Below the pieces are notes generated by a model. The model was given only the letters and a program-made list of their open reading frames with translations, did no database searches and was not told the origin of the DNA. Position numbers and translations under genes: made by a program. A DNA stretch of 63,978 nt, the filler included, from Stramenopiles sp. TOSAG23-2 (lineage: Eukaryota): assembly GCA_900128395.1 (NCBI GenBank). It is 3 parts of 3 records of this genome, joined end to end, with 100 filler letters (N's around TTAATTAATTAA, not from the genome) between each part and the next. Parts side by side here need not be neighbours in the genome. Positions count along the whole stretch, not along the records: positions 1 to 21,820 come from LT649527.1; positions 21,921 to 43,738 come from LT649528.1; 1 more part is not named here. One strand, written 5' to 3'. Positions 11,485-23,351 of the stretch are shown here, one piece after another; position 1 is the first letter of the stretch, and each line of letters starts with the position of its first letter.

Positions 11485-12140
11485 TACTTAAACACTATAT
11501 TTAACTATCAAACACACAAATTAATCCAAAACTCAACCACTCGAAAACCTGAAAACCGACTGTTTTGTTGTTGTTGTTGTTGTTGTTTTTGTTTCTTGTT
11601 GTTGTTGTATTAGCTTATCTTTCTTTCATCAGTTTACAATAATAAATAGTTTATCTTGTGGCCCTTTTTTCTAGCATTATTTGACATGTGCATGTTGTTG
11701 TGTAATCTGTGGTAGAAAAAAGGAAAAGGAAACAAATATAAATACACTACAAAAATTGTTCCTATAAGTGAAGAGTCGCAAAGGCTACCAGGTAATGAAA
11801 GTGAAGCAATTACAACAAATGCAACAATTAAGAAGTATTAGAGTGAAGTATGGTGCAGATAGTGAAGAATACAAAAATGCAATTGATTTAAATACGGAAA
11901 AAGGTAATTTTAATAATAAAATTAATCCGCAGCAAGATGTTTAAATGAAACAGAATAAAAATCCATTTGGGATTTGGGAGTAAAAATTAAAAAAAAATAA
12001 ATGTGCGTTTAAACGTAAATCGGAGTAAAAAAAATTACCGATCATAAAATTTTAAAACTATATTATACGAAAGGTTCGGTACAAAAGTTTTTAACGCTTC
12101 GTACTTCGTAACAAGTAAAACGTAAAACATTTTTTACATT

Positions 12141-13511
12141 TTAACACGGTGTTTGACACCAAATATACTCTTCACCTCCATATCCGCAACTATTGACACA
12201 TGTATAAATATATAACCCACCCCAATCAATTTCGCCAGGGCCTGTTACATTTTCAATATTCAAATATGATAATAACTGCGGCATTATTTGAAATTCAAAT
12301 TGACGCAATCCATTGCAATATGGACACTTGGGTATAGTTTCTAATACATTTGGTCGATTTGTATCACTACAAAACAATTCTTCCCCAGGTTGCCATCGAG
12401 CATAACGCAATATTTGATCTTTAGCAATATCAATACGGTAATGAAAGTAAGTCATGCTTTTATCTAAACTTTTACTAACAATAGTTGTATTATTACTTTT
12501 ATTGCTATTTGAATCACCAGTTAATTTTTTTTTGACATCACTGACACATATTGCATTCATCACATTGTCTATATCATTCTGTGTAATAGCCACATCTTCT
12601 TCTTCTTCTTCCTCCTCCTCTCCTTCTTCTGCTTTTTTCGGCCTTTGAACTTGTTCCTCAATAACGTCTTTAAATTTATCAGTAATTGCAGCATTTGCAT
12701 CCTTTAAGCAATCTGTTTCCAATTCAGACATGATTTCATATATTTTAAATTGAAAAGTATCTAGACAATTTGTATCATGTTCATTATCGTTATCAAAAAT
12801 AGTACGTTCATCATTAAATTCATCATAGGGATATATATCATTCTTCCGTGGCAACTGTGATCTGATTATTCGAAATCCATTATGACCACCTTTTTTTAAA
12901 CATTTTTCATTTTTGCAACAAAAAGCATAAATTGTGCGATGAAAAGCATTTGGCTTATGGATTTCATCATCTATTGGTGCATACAATTGCAATAAAAATA
13001 ACATATTAGCACCACAAACATTGCATGCAAGTTGTTTTTTACTTGGCTTCTTATTGGGATTCAACCATATTGGTTTCCCACCTACATGTCCACCATCCCA
13101 CATAACCCAATTTTTATTAGTATGTGTATGAATCATTTTCTTTATTGAGCCTTTGTACTCATCTTCACAAAATCCTAAATCAACTGTAACATTTTCATTC
13201 GTTATATCTGATGGTTGAATCAACAACACTTTTTGTAACAATTTGTTGTAGATTTTTTTTGTCAGATGGCCATCGTATATATCAATATCACGATCGTACT
13301 TTTCTTGAATATTTTTCTTATTGTTTTTAAAATCATTTAATTTATCATTTTTCCATTTTAATAACTGTTTCCTGTATTTATTTACATTATTAATTTTTGT
13401 AATATTATCCTTATTATTATTATTTATACTAGTATTATTATTTTTATTATTATCATTGTTGTTGTTCTTCTTCTTCTTAATATCATTATTTTGTACGGTC
13501 AATGATGCCAT
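12141..13511 (-). CDS. PDCD2: PDCD2/Tsr4-family protein, copy 2
   Basis: Translation identical to 1881..3251. Confidence 0.85.
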   Translation of the reverse strand: MASLTVQNNDIKKKKNNNNDNNKNNNTSINNNNKDNITKINNVNKYRKQLLKWKNDKLNDFKNNKKNIQEKYDRDIDIYDGHLTKKIYNKLLQKVLLIQPSDITNENVTVDLGFCEDEYKGSIKKMIHTHTNKNWVMWDGGHVGGKPIWLNPNKKPSKKQLACNVCGANMLFLLQLYAPIDDEIHKPNAFHRTIYAFCCKNEKCLKKGGHNGFRIIRSQLPRKNDIYPYDEFNDERTIFDNDNEHDTNCLDTFQFKIYEIMSELETDCLKDANAAITDKFKDVIEEQVQRPKKAEEGEEEEEEEEDVAITQNDIDNVMNAICVSDVKKKLTGDSNSNKSNNTTIVSKSLDKSMTYFHYRIDIAKDQILRYARWQPGEELFCSDTNRPNVLETIPKCPYCNGLRQFEFQIMPQLLSYLNIENVTGPGEIDWGGLYIYTCVNSCGYGGEEYIWCQTPC

Positions 13512-13983
13512 AATTCCTTTCCCACGCTTTCTTTCTATATGTAGTAGTTGTAGTAAAATGTATTGACGTTTTTAAATATCTTCCATTACAATTGATATGT
13601 ATATTAATGTATATATTTATTATTTTTTGTTTGTTGTTGGCCAGAGTTGGGCGGCCTTTTTTTTTATTATTTATTATGTTATTTGCTGTTATTTGCCTGG
13701 TTGTTTTTTGAGGATTTTTAGCTATAGGGTCTTAAATAATAAATACATGTGGCTTTTTCCAGCTAGTAGGAACAATATATATTGTATTAACAATCACACC
13801 AACATGCGTAAAAAAAATAAAAATTTATTGAAAAATCATATACAAGTATATATATATGTCGTCATGTACTTCAGTAGAGATATACTACCTCTGGAAATAC
13901 GATTTATCTGTACACTATAATATATTACGAGTCTAATAAATACTTGACCGACCGTAATGTTAGAAATATCACGCCCTTTTGTT

Positions 13984-16900
13984 TTACAACTTTGATGCTA
14001 CAACAGTTCCATTAAGATGATTGTTGTTCCGTTCAACAATCATAACTCTTCCAACATCACCATCAACAGTAACCATATCCCCATCTTCCACAATTTGCAT
14101 CGCATTGGTACAATTTGTTACACAAGGAACTTTGGATTCTCTGCATACTATAAATATATATATATACGTATATATAATAAGGAAAATGAATAAAAGAAAG
14201 TAGTTGTTGTTAGTATTCATGACATAGTATATGTATATATATTGATTAAGTTCAATCAAATATGTATATATATATATATAAATATATTAGTATATATCAA
14301 TAGTTACATACCTATGGCAGCATGGCTAAGCGTCCCACCAACTTCAGTCACACACGCACCAGCTTTTGACATGATAAGTGTAAAACTACTGTTTGTAAAT
14401 TCGCTAAAAATAATTTCTCCTCTTTGCACAAGCATAAAATCTGCTGCACTTCTAATCATCCTCGCTTTACCAGTATATTTACCTTTGGAGCCAGAATCAC
14501 CATGTAAGATATTAACACCAGGTATATTCTTATCATTGTATAAACTCATGTTACTATCACTCACTTTTGCAATATCAGCAAGACCAAGGATGATTTGGCG
14601 CACATTTTTATCTCCAATAATTGGGCTAATAAACTCTGTTACGCCACTTGTCCTACCTTTGTATGGGCCATTAATTGAGGAAGGCGCATGTGAAAGTAAT
14701 GTTTGCATTGAATATACATATCGATATTGCAATTTCTCATCCAAATTATCTAATAAAACGCTATCATCATCATTTATTGCAGATTCATTTTTCAAAAGTG
14801 CAATCAATTCATTCTCTGTAATAAATAAAATATGATTGATGTCATGTAAGATAATCCTTTGAGCATTTTTATGATCATCGTTTTTCCTATTTTTTAAAAA
14901 TCGTTTTCCTACTGTAAATAATGCTCTACGTAAGATTCCAGCAGCCCACTGCATAAAATTTCAATGTAAAAATAGCATGTAAAGTTAGGGAGATGGAAAC
15001 ATGTAAATATATATTACATATATATAGCTCTACTATAATAGAAATTATAAACTTACCACATCGCTATAAAGGCTTCTTTCATCACGTAAACGATGACATT
15101 TATGGGCATCCTCCATTAACTCTAACCATTCTTCTTGCTTTGATCGTATAATTTTTTTTAATGCAGCTTTTACATTTTCATCATGTTTTAAGCGAAACAT
15201 TTCTATATCATCATTAATTATTTTCCAAGCAGCACTAGCAAGTATACCAGGCATTTCTCTCCCACTGAAAAATGTTATATCGTATCCACCAACTTGGCGA
15301 TACCAATTTTCATTTAAATATTGTTTCATACTTTCCCGAATTTCTATAGAGTAATTCGAATCATTTTGTAATTTATTTAAAATTAGTAAAATTCTTTTAT
15401 CTTGATCACTTTTTGACAATGAGGTGTCATCTGATATTTCAACAGCATGTCTCAGCAATTCAAGCGCATCCATATTCTTCACATTTAAAAATGCAGAACG
15501 TAAATATTTACCGGCTGAGTGTTCATATACTTGCTCTTTTAAATTCCCCTCTAACAATTCATATGCATCAATCTGACTAAGTCCATTTTCACTACTAAAT
15601 CTTAGAAAAAAATTCACTGGTAACATAGCTGCAGAATTAAATCGATGATGATTGAAAGCACAAAATCGAAAATGATTTATTACATCTAAGACATAATTTA
15701 ACAGATCTTCTGAGGATAACAATGCTTCCGGATCAATGTTAGATAATTTGTTATGCGTTTTAATCAACTCAGGCCTTCTTTCATTGTCCCAAAACTCTAA
15801 ATCCTTTAACCATTTTTTATTTTGTAATACTTCTTTGCATTTGCTTTTAAATGATATTGCAGCTGGTACAAGATTAAACATTATTTTGGTAGCTAATTGC
15901 AAAACTAATGTTGGTGTCCATTGGAAGAAAATGTTTGTAAACAACTGTCCAATTGTTGGTAATTTAGATGACAAATGTTCGTCGCTCCATCCTTCGTTTA
16001 ATTCTTTTTCAGTATCATCACCAAGGTACATGAAACCATTAATAAATTTTCCCGGAGGTGCAAAATCACTAATAGAATCAGGCAAATAGGAACCAATATC
16101 AGCTTTAATTGCAGCTGCAAATTGGCTTTCATAGCAGTTAGTGAATAATGGAGTACTATATATATATATATATGTAATTGTTTTGATTTTGCGGCAAAGA
16201 CAATACATATATTGTTAGAAAAATGAAAATATAAAAAAGAGAAATACAGCAGGATGTAAATGAAATACTTACTGTGGTCGTATGAAATGTTCATTTAATT
16301 TCCATGACTCTCCAGGTTTTCCTGGATTTATAAACTCCATAGCTTCCGCAGCATCATAATTTGGTTCTACAGAAGTTACAGGCCTTGATTGGAGTAAATA
16401 TAAATATCCAACTGCATCAACTGCAAATTCAATGTCTTGCGGTATTTCATTGTATAAGTCTAATAATTTATTGCCATAATTTGATAATATTATTAATTGC
16501 TCCTGTGTTAAAGAAGATCGATATTTTAAATGATCTGGCAATTGTTTTTTAACCCAATGACTATCAGTATTACTTTGATTATGACTATTTGCATTATTAT
16601 TATTATTACTACTACTATGGGAATTGTTGAAAATAATATCATAATAATACTCTTTAACAACAATTTCACGTACTAAAAGTTTGCCATCTTTTCTTCTTAT
16701 TAAATATTTATCAGCAGATAGACTGCCGCTGACATAACCTTCCCCTTGGCCAAAAACGCTTTCAACGGTAAACTCAGTTATGCCCCCACTATTGACATTC
16801 AATGTAAACATTACCCCAGATGCTTTGGAATCGACTTGCACTTGGATGACCACTGCCATTATAGGCTTTACACTCGTGAGAATCTTACCATCATTTAATT

Positions 16901-17408
16901 GCTTCAAATAAAAATATACATTTGGCATCCACAACGACGCCCAACATTTTTTTAAACTCTTAAAAACTTCATCTTCATTCGATTGGCCTAAAAATGTATC
17001 AAAAATGCCTGCAAACGATGCGGAAGCGCCATCTTCAACTGTTGCACTAGATCGAACGCTGACAGGCATATTATCATTAGCCTTTAAAAAAGTGCGTATT
17101 TTATTTTTGCAATATTCACTCAGTGATTTTGATATAATTTTGTTTGAAATATCTTTATACAATTGTAAATCATTTTTTTCATTATGACCAATATGTCTAT
17201 ACAAGTAAGCTATTTGGCTATTCAAACCATCTATTGAATTGACATGGTGTTTATACAAATCTGTTGCGCATAATAAAGCATTTGGTACTGGCTGAAATTG
17301 CGAATTGACAAAAGCGGAAGCTATTAGCTTTAAATTAAAACCCTTTCCACCAAGCTTAGATGCGTCTAATGTATCAATTAATGCAGCTTCCTCAAGTGTG
17401 TACAACAT
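13984..17408 (-). CDS. RPH/PigC-like PEP-utilising phosphotransferase, copy 2 (exons 17408-16273, 16155-15057, 14948-14312, 14147-13984)
   Basis: Same ORFs and splice sites as copy 1, shifted by 10260. Confidence 0.87.
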
Positions 17409-18308
17409 GTTTTATATACCAGAAAAACAAGATAAATAAATAAATATTACATATATATATATATATATATATACGTATATAACTTTTCTTTCTCTCCGTG
17501 CACTGGATAAAGTTGTTTGTAAATGATACAAAATGATGGATTGATTTAAGATATGTATATATATATATCTAGATAGCTGTAGGACAGAAATATTATTAAA
17601 TACATTTATATTTTATTATTTATTTCAATTTAGCTTCTGCTTCATCATCATCAATGAAGGAAGAAAGGGTATTTTTTAATTCTAAATTCAATACTAAGGC
17701 GTAGAGTACACGCGAAGTTTCGTTTGCAAAGACCCTTAAAGTTTGCGAAGTCTGTATGGTAATGCCATTATAATAAAACCTTATTTTCTCCAGTTTTTTA
17801 ATCAATTTTTGCACATTATTTTAGTCTATAGTAAACAGTGTTATTTTATTTTTAAAACCGGTTTTAAAACCGGTTTGTAATTTTAGTCCTTTTTTCAGTG
17901 CTATTTACATAGTAGCCAATTTGAGACCATGTCTGTGTACGGAAGGCCTAAGTTTTCTCGGACAAACTCTATAGGTAAGTATAAATTTTAATACTCTAAC
18001 AGAAAAATTCGGACAGAATGGCAGAATGGCCAAAAAAAAGATTCCGGAATATTCATAGACTACAGACAGGACAGTATTAATGCTATAAAATGTACTTGAT
18101 ATATTTTGATACACAAACACTTAAAAAACAACAGACCACTTTTCATCAACCAGAAAAGAACTTCTTTCTGTCGTATTACTACTCCCCTAACAAGTACAGT
18201 ACATCATAAGTGAACAGAAATGAAATAAATACATGTGTAGGAATTTTATTAAACACACACCCATATATATATATATATATCGTATATATTTCATTTCATA
18301 ATTAAAAA

Positions 18309-21300
18309 TCATATTGTTACAAATTGCAAACCATCAGTTAAGAAATTCTTTAAATGTAAAAAATGTTTTGAACTACTTGAAAATAAGTCCGTTTGAGTTT
18401 CAATGACTTTGCAATAATCATTTAACTCTTTCATACGAGCAGCTAAAAATTCTGCATCATAGGAATGGAACCATGTTTTTGCAGGCAAACCGGACGCGAC
18501 AATAATATTGTTCTCCATTAAATAATCATTTAAGCTGTAAAAATCAGAGACACGACGATAAACAGCCCATTGATTTGGCGTTGGTTCAATTTGATGGATT
18601 TCCAGTAAATATTGTGCAAATTTCCTTCCTTGTTCTTTTTCCTTTGCAACTTGGACAAACGAAATTTGCAATTCTAATTTACAATCTGGTGGCATAATCG
18701 AGTCTAATTCTCTGTTTATATCACGATATTGTTGCACAACTTTGCGGCGTATTGCTAAAACGGCATCTTTATGTACACCAATTCCATGTTGTACTTGCTC
18801 AACATATTTAACATTATTCTTACCAAATAATTCTTGACAAGCATCAATACGAGATTTTAAATTTTGCAAGATCTCTTGTTGAACTTGAACATGATTATGC
18901 AAGGATGTCTCATACATTAAAGTGGATTCGTTTGCTTTATCATAACTAGCAGATTGCAAATAACAGTTTCTCCAAAACACAATAGAGGATGGTAACTTGG
19001 ATGGTTTAATAACCATATCGAATGTTTCATTTGGTTGATATTTAAGATTCTCAAAATACAACAAATTTTCTTTCACAAAAGACCATATATCAATGCTTTC
19101 AAATCCATTCTCTTCTTCCCTTTCTTTTTCATTATTATATAAAAAATTCCCGAATATACCAGAATATAGATGTATGCTTAAAAAGATCAACAAATTTTCA
19201 TTAAATTCAAAACGATGTGGAAATTGGTTATATACTTGGAAAACAACATCTAACCATTGCAAAAATATAGGCGAAAAGTCACGCCCAGATCCTCGATTTA
19301 CATCACTATTCCTTCGATCAAATTGGTGACCAAAACAACACCACTCTTTCTCAATTAAGGTTGCAAAACCATGTATGGTTCGATAATGACTATCCATCAA
19401 TAATTGTGTAGTGGCGCATATTTGGGGTGTACGATCCCAGCCATCACTACAATGGACAATAGATGGATGTCCAGCCTCCAAAGCATCGGTAACAAGACTA
19501 GTGCCATGCAATATAGAAAATATATGCTGCAACCATTGTGTCTGCCCTATGTCGGAATAAAAATTGAATTGCGCAGTAAAATTTTTCGCATCTAATAATT
19601 TTCGACACGTTAACATTACGTTGATCAATGAATTTCGCACTGTATGAATATTCTCGATACCAAGAAAATTCAGTTTTGCAAAATCTTCACCACCTAATGA
19701 ACTAATATTTTCATAACCTTTACCGGCAATTGTGTTGCCCATTGCATTGATCCATGGCCTGGCATCAAATACGTGTAATACTTTATGATTTTGACCACCG
19801 GAAATGTGATAAGTATTATCATCTTCTCCACCATATAGATCTATACAATTTCGAATTGCTGTAAGAACCTTACGATCTGCAGTAGAATGTCCACCTATAA
19901 TTCCTGTTAATGGTTGAGAGCAACGGCATAAGCATGCTCCATTTTTTTGATTTATCCAACACAGGGCTACGAAGCGATTTTTACTTCTAAATTTAGCAGA
20001 TTTCTTTAAAGTGATTGTATCGATTGAACGAGGGATTGCTAGCAACTTTGGGTATGTTGGGCACAATTTAAAATCCATATTTTCATTTGTTATTTTCCAA
20101 TATGAATTATTTGCAAGTATACCAAGACGTGCAAAATCCAATTTTACCCGCCTTTGACCATTGCTTATCTTATCATGATCAAATTCAAATTCGTTATTTA
20201 TTTTATCAATAGACGACGACGACGATGTTTCTCCTGTTTCTTCCTTTGTAGAGTTGAATTTCATTCGGCATTGTTGTAAATCTCTTCTATATGTATTAGT
20301 TTCATCCCCCATTAAAGACAAAAATAATGAATATGCATATCCTCTTTCTGCAATCCTCCAACGCACTTCTTCCACCAAACGTTGTGCAGCCATTTGTACG
20401 GCTTTGATCCATATCTTTGGATCTAATGCAAGCGATTTTCTTTGTTTTGCTGCTTTAACAATCATACTATTAGTCGCTATTCCCAAAGATTGAATATTTT
20501 CCTTAGCTTTGATATAAAATATCCGTGTATCAACATCTTTACAAGTAAATGTAATGGTCTTAATTAAACGTTGTCGATGGCCGTCTTGACCATATTGTAT
20601 TTTAGAGTAATGCTTTTCATTTGTAACATATTTTAAATCAATAGCAGAGATATTACCATACCATAAACTAAATGCTTTGACGTATATAATATCTTTAACT
20701 GATGTATCTTCATACGGGCAAAATACGATTCTATATTGAGTTGCATATAATGAGCCTAGATTACCCATGTGATTTACTTCTTCAACAATATCTAGAACCA
20801 CTTCACCATCTCCTGGAAATACTTTGGATGGATTGTTATTATCTGTTCCTCCTTCAAATTTAAAATAAAGGCTTGGAAATGCCAATACAGGGCATATAGA
20901 TATCAGCGTACCAAACTTTGTTTCCCGTTTCTCAAAATCACGATCTAAATTAATTAAAGAAGCAATATTATTGTTACTACTAATACTATTAATATTAGCG
21001 ATAGAAGCAGTATTAATCGGACTATCGTTCAACTTATTTGCATTGCGCCAAATTAATTCGATATGAATTTCTCCTTCCGCTGTTGAAGGTCTTACTAATT
21101 TATGCCAAGCATCTTTGTATATATGATTTTCCTCAGCGTAGTGCACAAACACCCTACAGCTTCCAAGTAAATCATCAGCATTTGTATTATCCCTATCGTA
21201 GACATCAATGATAAAATATGTGGTATTTTTATCTTGTAAAGCAGACAATGGTAGTTGAAACCTTTCATTCCATGTTGGATTTAAATTGTTTTTTATAACA

Positions 21301-21524
21301 GTAGTTTCACCGAACTTTCTAGTAAAAATTTCACCACCTGTATGGCAAAGTAAAGACAACTTACAATATGGATCTGACTTTCCAGTTAAATCCGCATTTT
21401 TTAAATTCCTTGCTCCCACAACATGTACTTCTAAAACAACTGGGACCGGCAATACATCATTATTATTTATTTGTGGAATGGTTTTGTAATTATTATTATT
21501 ATTATTATTATTATGATCGTCCAT
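18309..21524 (-). CDS. C2-GRAM-myotubularin-PX phosphatase, copy 2
   Basis: Translation identical to copy 1. Confidence 0.9.
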   Translation of the reverse strand: MDDHNNNNNNNNYKTIPQINNNDVLPVPVVLEVHVVGARNLKNADLTGKSDPYCKLSLLCHTGGEIFTRKFGETTVIKNNLNPTWNERFQLPLSALQDKNTTYFIIDVYDRDNTNADDLLGSCRVFVHYAEENHIYKDAWHKLVRPSTAEGEIHIELIWRNANKLNDSPINTASIANINSISSNNNIASLINLDRDFEKRETKFGTLISICPVLAFPSLYFKFEGGTDNNNPSKVFPGDGEVVLDIVEEVNHMGNLGSLYATQYRIVFCPYEDTSVKDIIYVKAFSLWYGNISAIDLKYVTNEKHYSKIQYGQDGHRQRLIKTITFTCKDVDTRIFYIKAKENIQSLGIATNSMIVKAAKQRKSLALDPKIWIKAVQMAAQRLVEEVRWRIAERGYAYSLFLSLMGDETNTYRRDLQQCRMKFNSTKEETGETSSSSSIDKINNEFEFDHDKISNGQRRVKLDFARLGILANNSYWKITNENMDFKLCPTYPKLLAIPRSIDTITLKKSAKFRSKNRFVALCWINQKNGACLCRCSQPLTGIIGGHSTADRKVLTAIRNCIDLYGGEDDNTYHISGGQNHKVLHVFDARPWINAMGNTIAGKGYENISSLGGEDFAKLNFLGIENIHTVRNSLINVMLTCRKLLDAKNFTAQFNFYSDIGQTQWLQHIFSILHGTSLVTDALEAGHPSIVHCSDGWDRTPQICATTQLLMDSHYRTIHGFATLIEKEWCCFGHQFDRRNSDVNRGSGRDFSPIFLQWLDVVFQVYNQFPHRFEFNENLLIFLSIHLYSGIFGNFLYNNEKEREEENGFESIDIWSFVKENLLYFENLKYQPNETFDMVIKPSKLPSSIVFWRNCYLQSASYDKANESTLMYETSLHNHVQVQQEILQNLKSRIDACQELFGKNNVKYVEQVQHGIGVHKDAVLAIRRKVVQQYRDINRELDSIMPPDCKLELQISFVQVAKEKEQGRKFAQYLLEIHQIEPTPNQWAVYRRVSDFYSLNDYLMENNIIVASGLPAKTWFHSYDAEFLAARMKELNDYCKVIETQTDLFSSSSKHFLHLKNFLTDGLQFVTI

Positions 21525-21703
21525 GCTGGAGATACAAAAAAAAAATGATTCCCTATACAATAACTTTTCTTATTCGTTTTCCTGAGCCTGAGCTGAGATC
21601 GTATAGAGAGTGATAATCTAAGTTGTAGTTTGTGCCTCCTTCATCATATATATATATATTTGTTTTTAATAATGATCCATGATCCACAAATAATACGTAC
21701 CCC

Positions 21704-21745
21704 GATATAATTTTTAGTGTGCCGGCCAGTCGTAAATTTTCGGTA
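21704..21745 (-). repeat. 42-bp dispersed element, copy 2 (inside the large duplication)
   Basis: Identical to 11443-11484. Confidence 0.9.
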
Positions 21746-21820
21746 TACTTAAACACTATATTTAACTATCAAACACACAAATTAATCCAAAACTCAACCA
21801 CTCGAAAACCTGAACTCCAG

Positions 21821-21920
21821 NNNNNNNNNNNNNNNNNNNNNNNNNNNNNNNNNNNNNNNNNNNNTTAATTAATTAANNNNNNNNNNNNNNNNNNNNNNNN
21901 NNNNNNNNNNNNNNNNNNNN
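21821..21920. other. Artificial contig linker
   Basis: 100-nt N run with a central TTAATTAATTAA (stops in all six frames). Confidence 0.98.
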
Positions 21921-22899
21921 TTAAAAATTAAATATGGTACAAAGCCGTAGTCCTATATTTTAATATAACATACGATTTGTATTACTTGTAAAGTTAAAAA
22001 TTTATGGGAAGATTGTTTTGAAAGGAGTTGTATGAAAAGAGAAATGTCGTTGGTGAAAACTTTTTATAATGTGTTTTAATACGAGTATATATATTTTTGT
22101 ACAAAGCATAAAATATAAAAGTAAATGTAAAAATGATAAATATGATTTCGTACTAGTATATTATTTTTTGATTTCAATACATTAAATTACCAAGATTCCC
22201 ATTTTGTTATATCTAGAAATGTATATATCCGGATAATTTTCGATGATATTTTTCTGTCTACATCCAAATTAACACTATTCAGTATTGAAAAGGGATGAAT
22301 TATACCAGATCGTAGAAATAAATTTTGATGCAATAAAATAAATCGGTACACTATTGTATTTTTTAATGTAAAAATGAACAAATAAAACCACATAAAATCT
22401 ACATAGTATATTGTACTTATTAGTATATACACACACGAATGAACTAAAAAAAAAGTATGTGGAAGACCAGATTTTGGATTTTGAACGATGTAAGGCACAA
22501 TTAATAAATTAATAAGGTTTTCGGCATGATTTTTGAGAACGACAATACCAGGTAGCTACCAGGTATCGATACATAAGCACGATACAGTATACAAGTGTAC
22601 ATGCATAACGAATTACAGTACGCGTGCAACAAAATATATGGGATGAAAACATACTAAATCATATTATAATTATCTGCACTTGTTTGTTGTTGCAAAGGAA
22701 TATTCGTAGGATGTATGCATAACTATTAGACGGAACCGTTTGTATTATAGATATATATGCTGTGAAAATGACATAATAATGAAAAATATACGTTCGTACG
22801 AAGTAATAAAAATCATATGCATATATTATCATCATCACCAACTATATATCCATTCGGGATGAACACGCAGGTTTTTTTTTGCGATTTTGCAGTTTTATC

Positions 22900-23050
22900 T
22901 TTGAAACAAATGGCCAACAAGAAATTCATACTTTCTTCAGCCACGAAATGAAAAGTAGACTGGCTTAAAGCACGATGGGTCAATGAAACTTGTAGAAATC
23001 TACAAGCTAAAGTTATCTCAGTTTAGTGGGAGATAGATATTATTGTCTCG
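22900..23050. ncRNA. Candidate structured ncRNA, locus A (unidentified)
   Basis: Hairpins at 22989-23006 and 23014-23035 and a possible pseudoknot at 22929-22965, next to the conserved block 23051-23115. Confidence 0.35.
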
Positions 23051-23115
23051 CAGTTATTGTATTCTTTCTGGAGAGTAGGAATTATCATGAGTAAATTTTA
23101 AAAATCAAGTTATGC
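23051..23115. promoter_or_regulatory. Conserved ~65-bp block shared with 40060-40122 (candidate snRNA-type upstream element on the minus strand, or a repeat terminus)
   Basis: Identical CAGTTATTGTA (11 bp), identical AGAGTAGGAATTATCATGAGTAAATT (26 bp) and TTATGC, with near-identical spacing. The similarity is seen directly; the function is inferred. Confidence 0.45.
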
Positions 23116-23351
23116 ATTAATTAATATTTATATTTAAAATGGTGGTCAAATCTAAAAAGTTACGGTTCGTATAATAGTTTTACTTCCCGCTAAGTAATAT
23201 GCTCAATACTCAAATCTCAAGAATAATATATTCTATCCTACGTACTATAGTAAAGCTCTAATGCACCTCTGCAAACTATAAAATTCTATATATACGAATA
23301 TATTACTTCGTATCACAATACACGCGCCCTAACATAATCTATTTTACACGC

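Larger units (their letters stand above)
1448..11553 (+). repeat. Large tandem duplication, copy 1 (~10.1 kb)
   Basis: Matches 11699-21814 at offset 10260 (10261 after a 1-bp indel near 17774). The ORF track gives identical proteins for both copies. Confidence 0.97.
11699..21814 (+). repeat. Large tandem duplication, copy 2
   Basis: See copy 1. Ends 6 bp before the artificial gap. Confidence 0.97.

Noticed and set aside
17620-17814. 64-aa ORF present only in duplicate copy 2
   Set aside because: It is created by a 1-bp indel, has a non-ATG start and shows no recognisable motif.
21865-21876. TTAATTAATTAA inside N runs (also at 43783-43794) as a piggyBac TTAA site or biological motif
   Set aside because: It is an identical synthetic six-frame-stop linker used to concatenate contigs.
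22187-22498. 103-aa ORF
   Set aside because: GTG start, intron-like composition and no recognisable domain.
23327-23333. CCCTAAC as a canonical telomerase template, and TTAGGG at ~4725
   Set aside because: Isolated short matches in a 3' flank and an intron, with no structural context and no telomeric arrays in the window.
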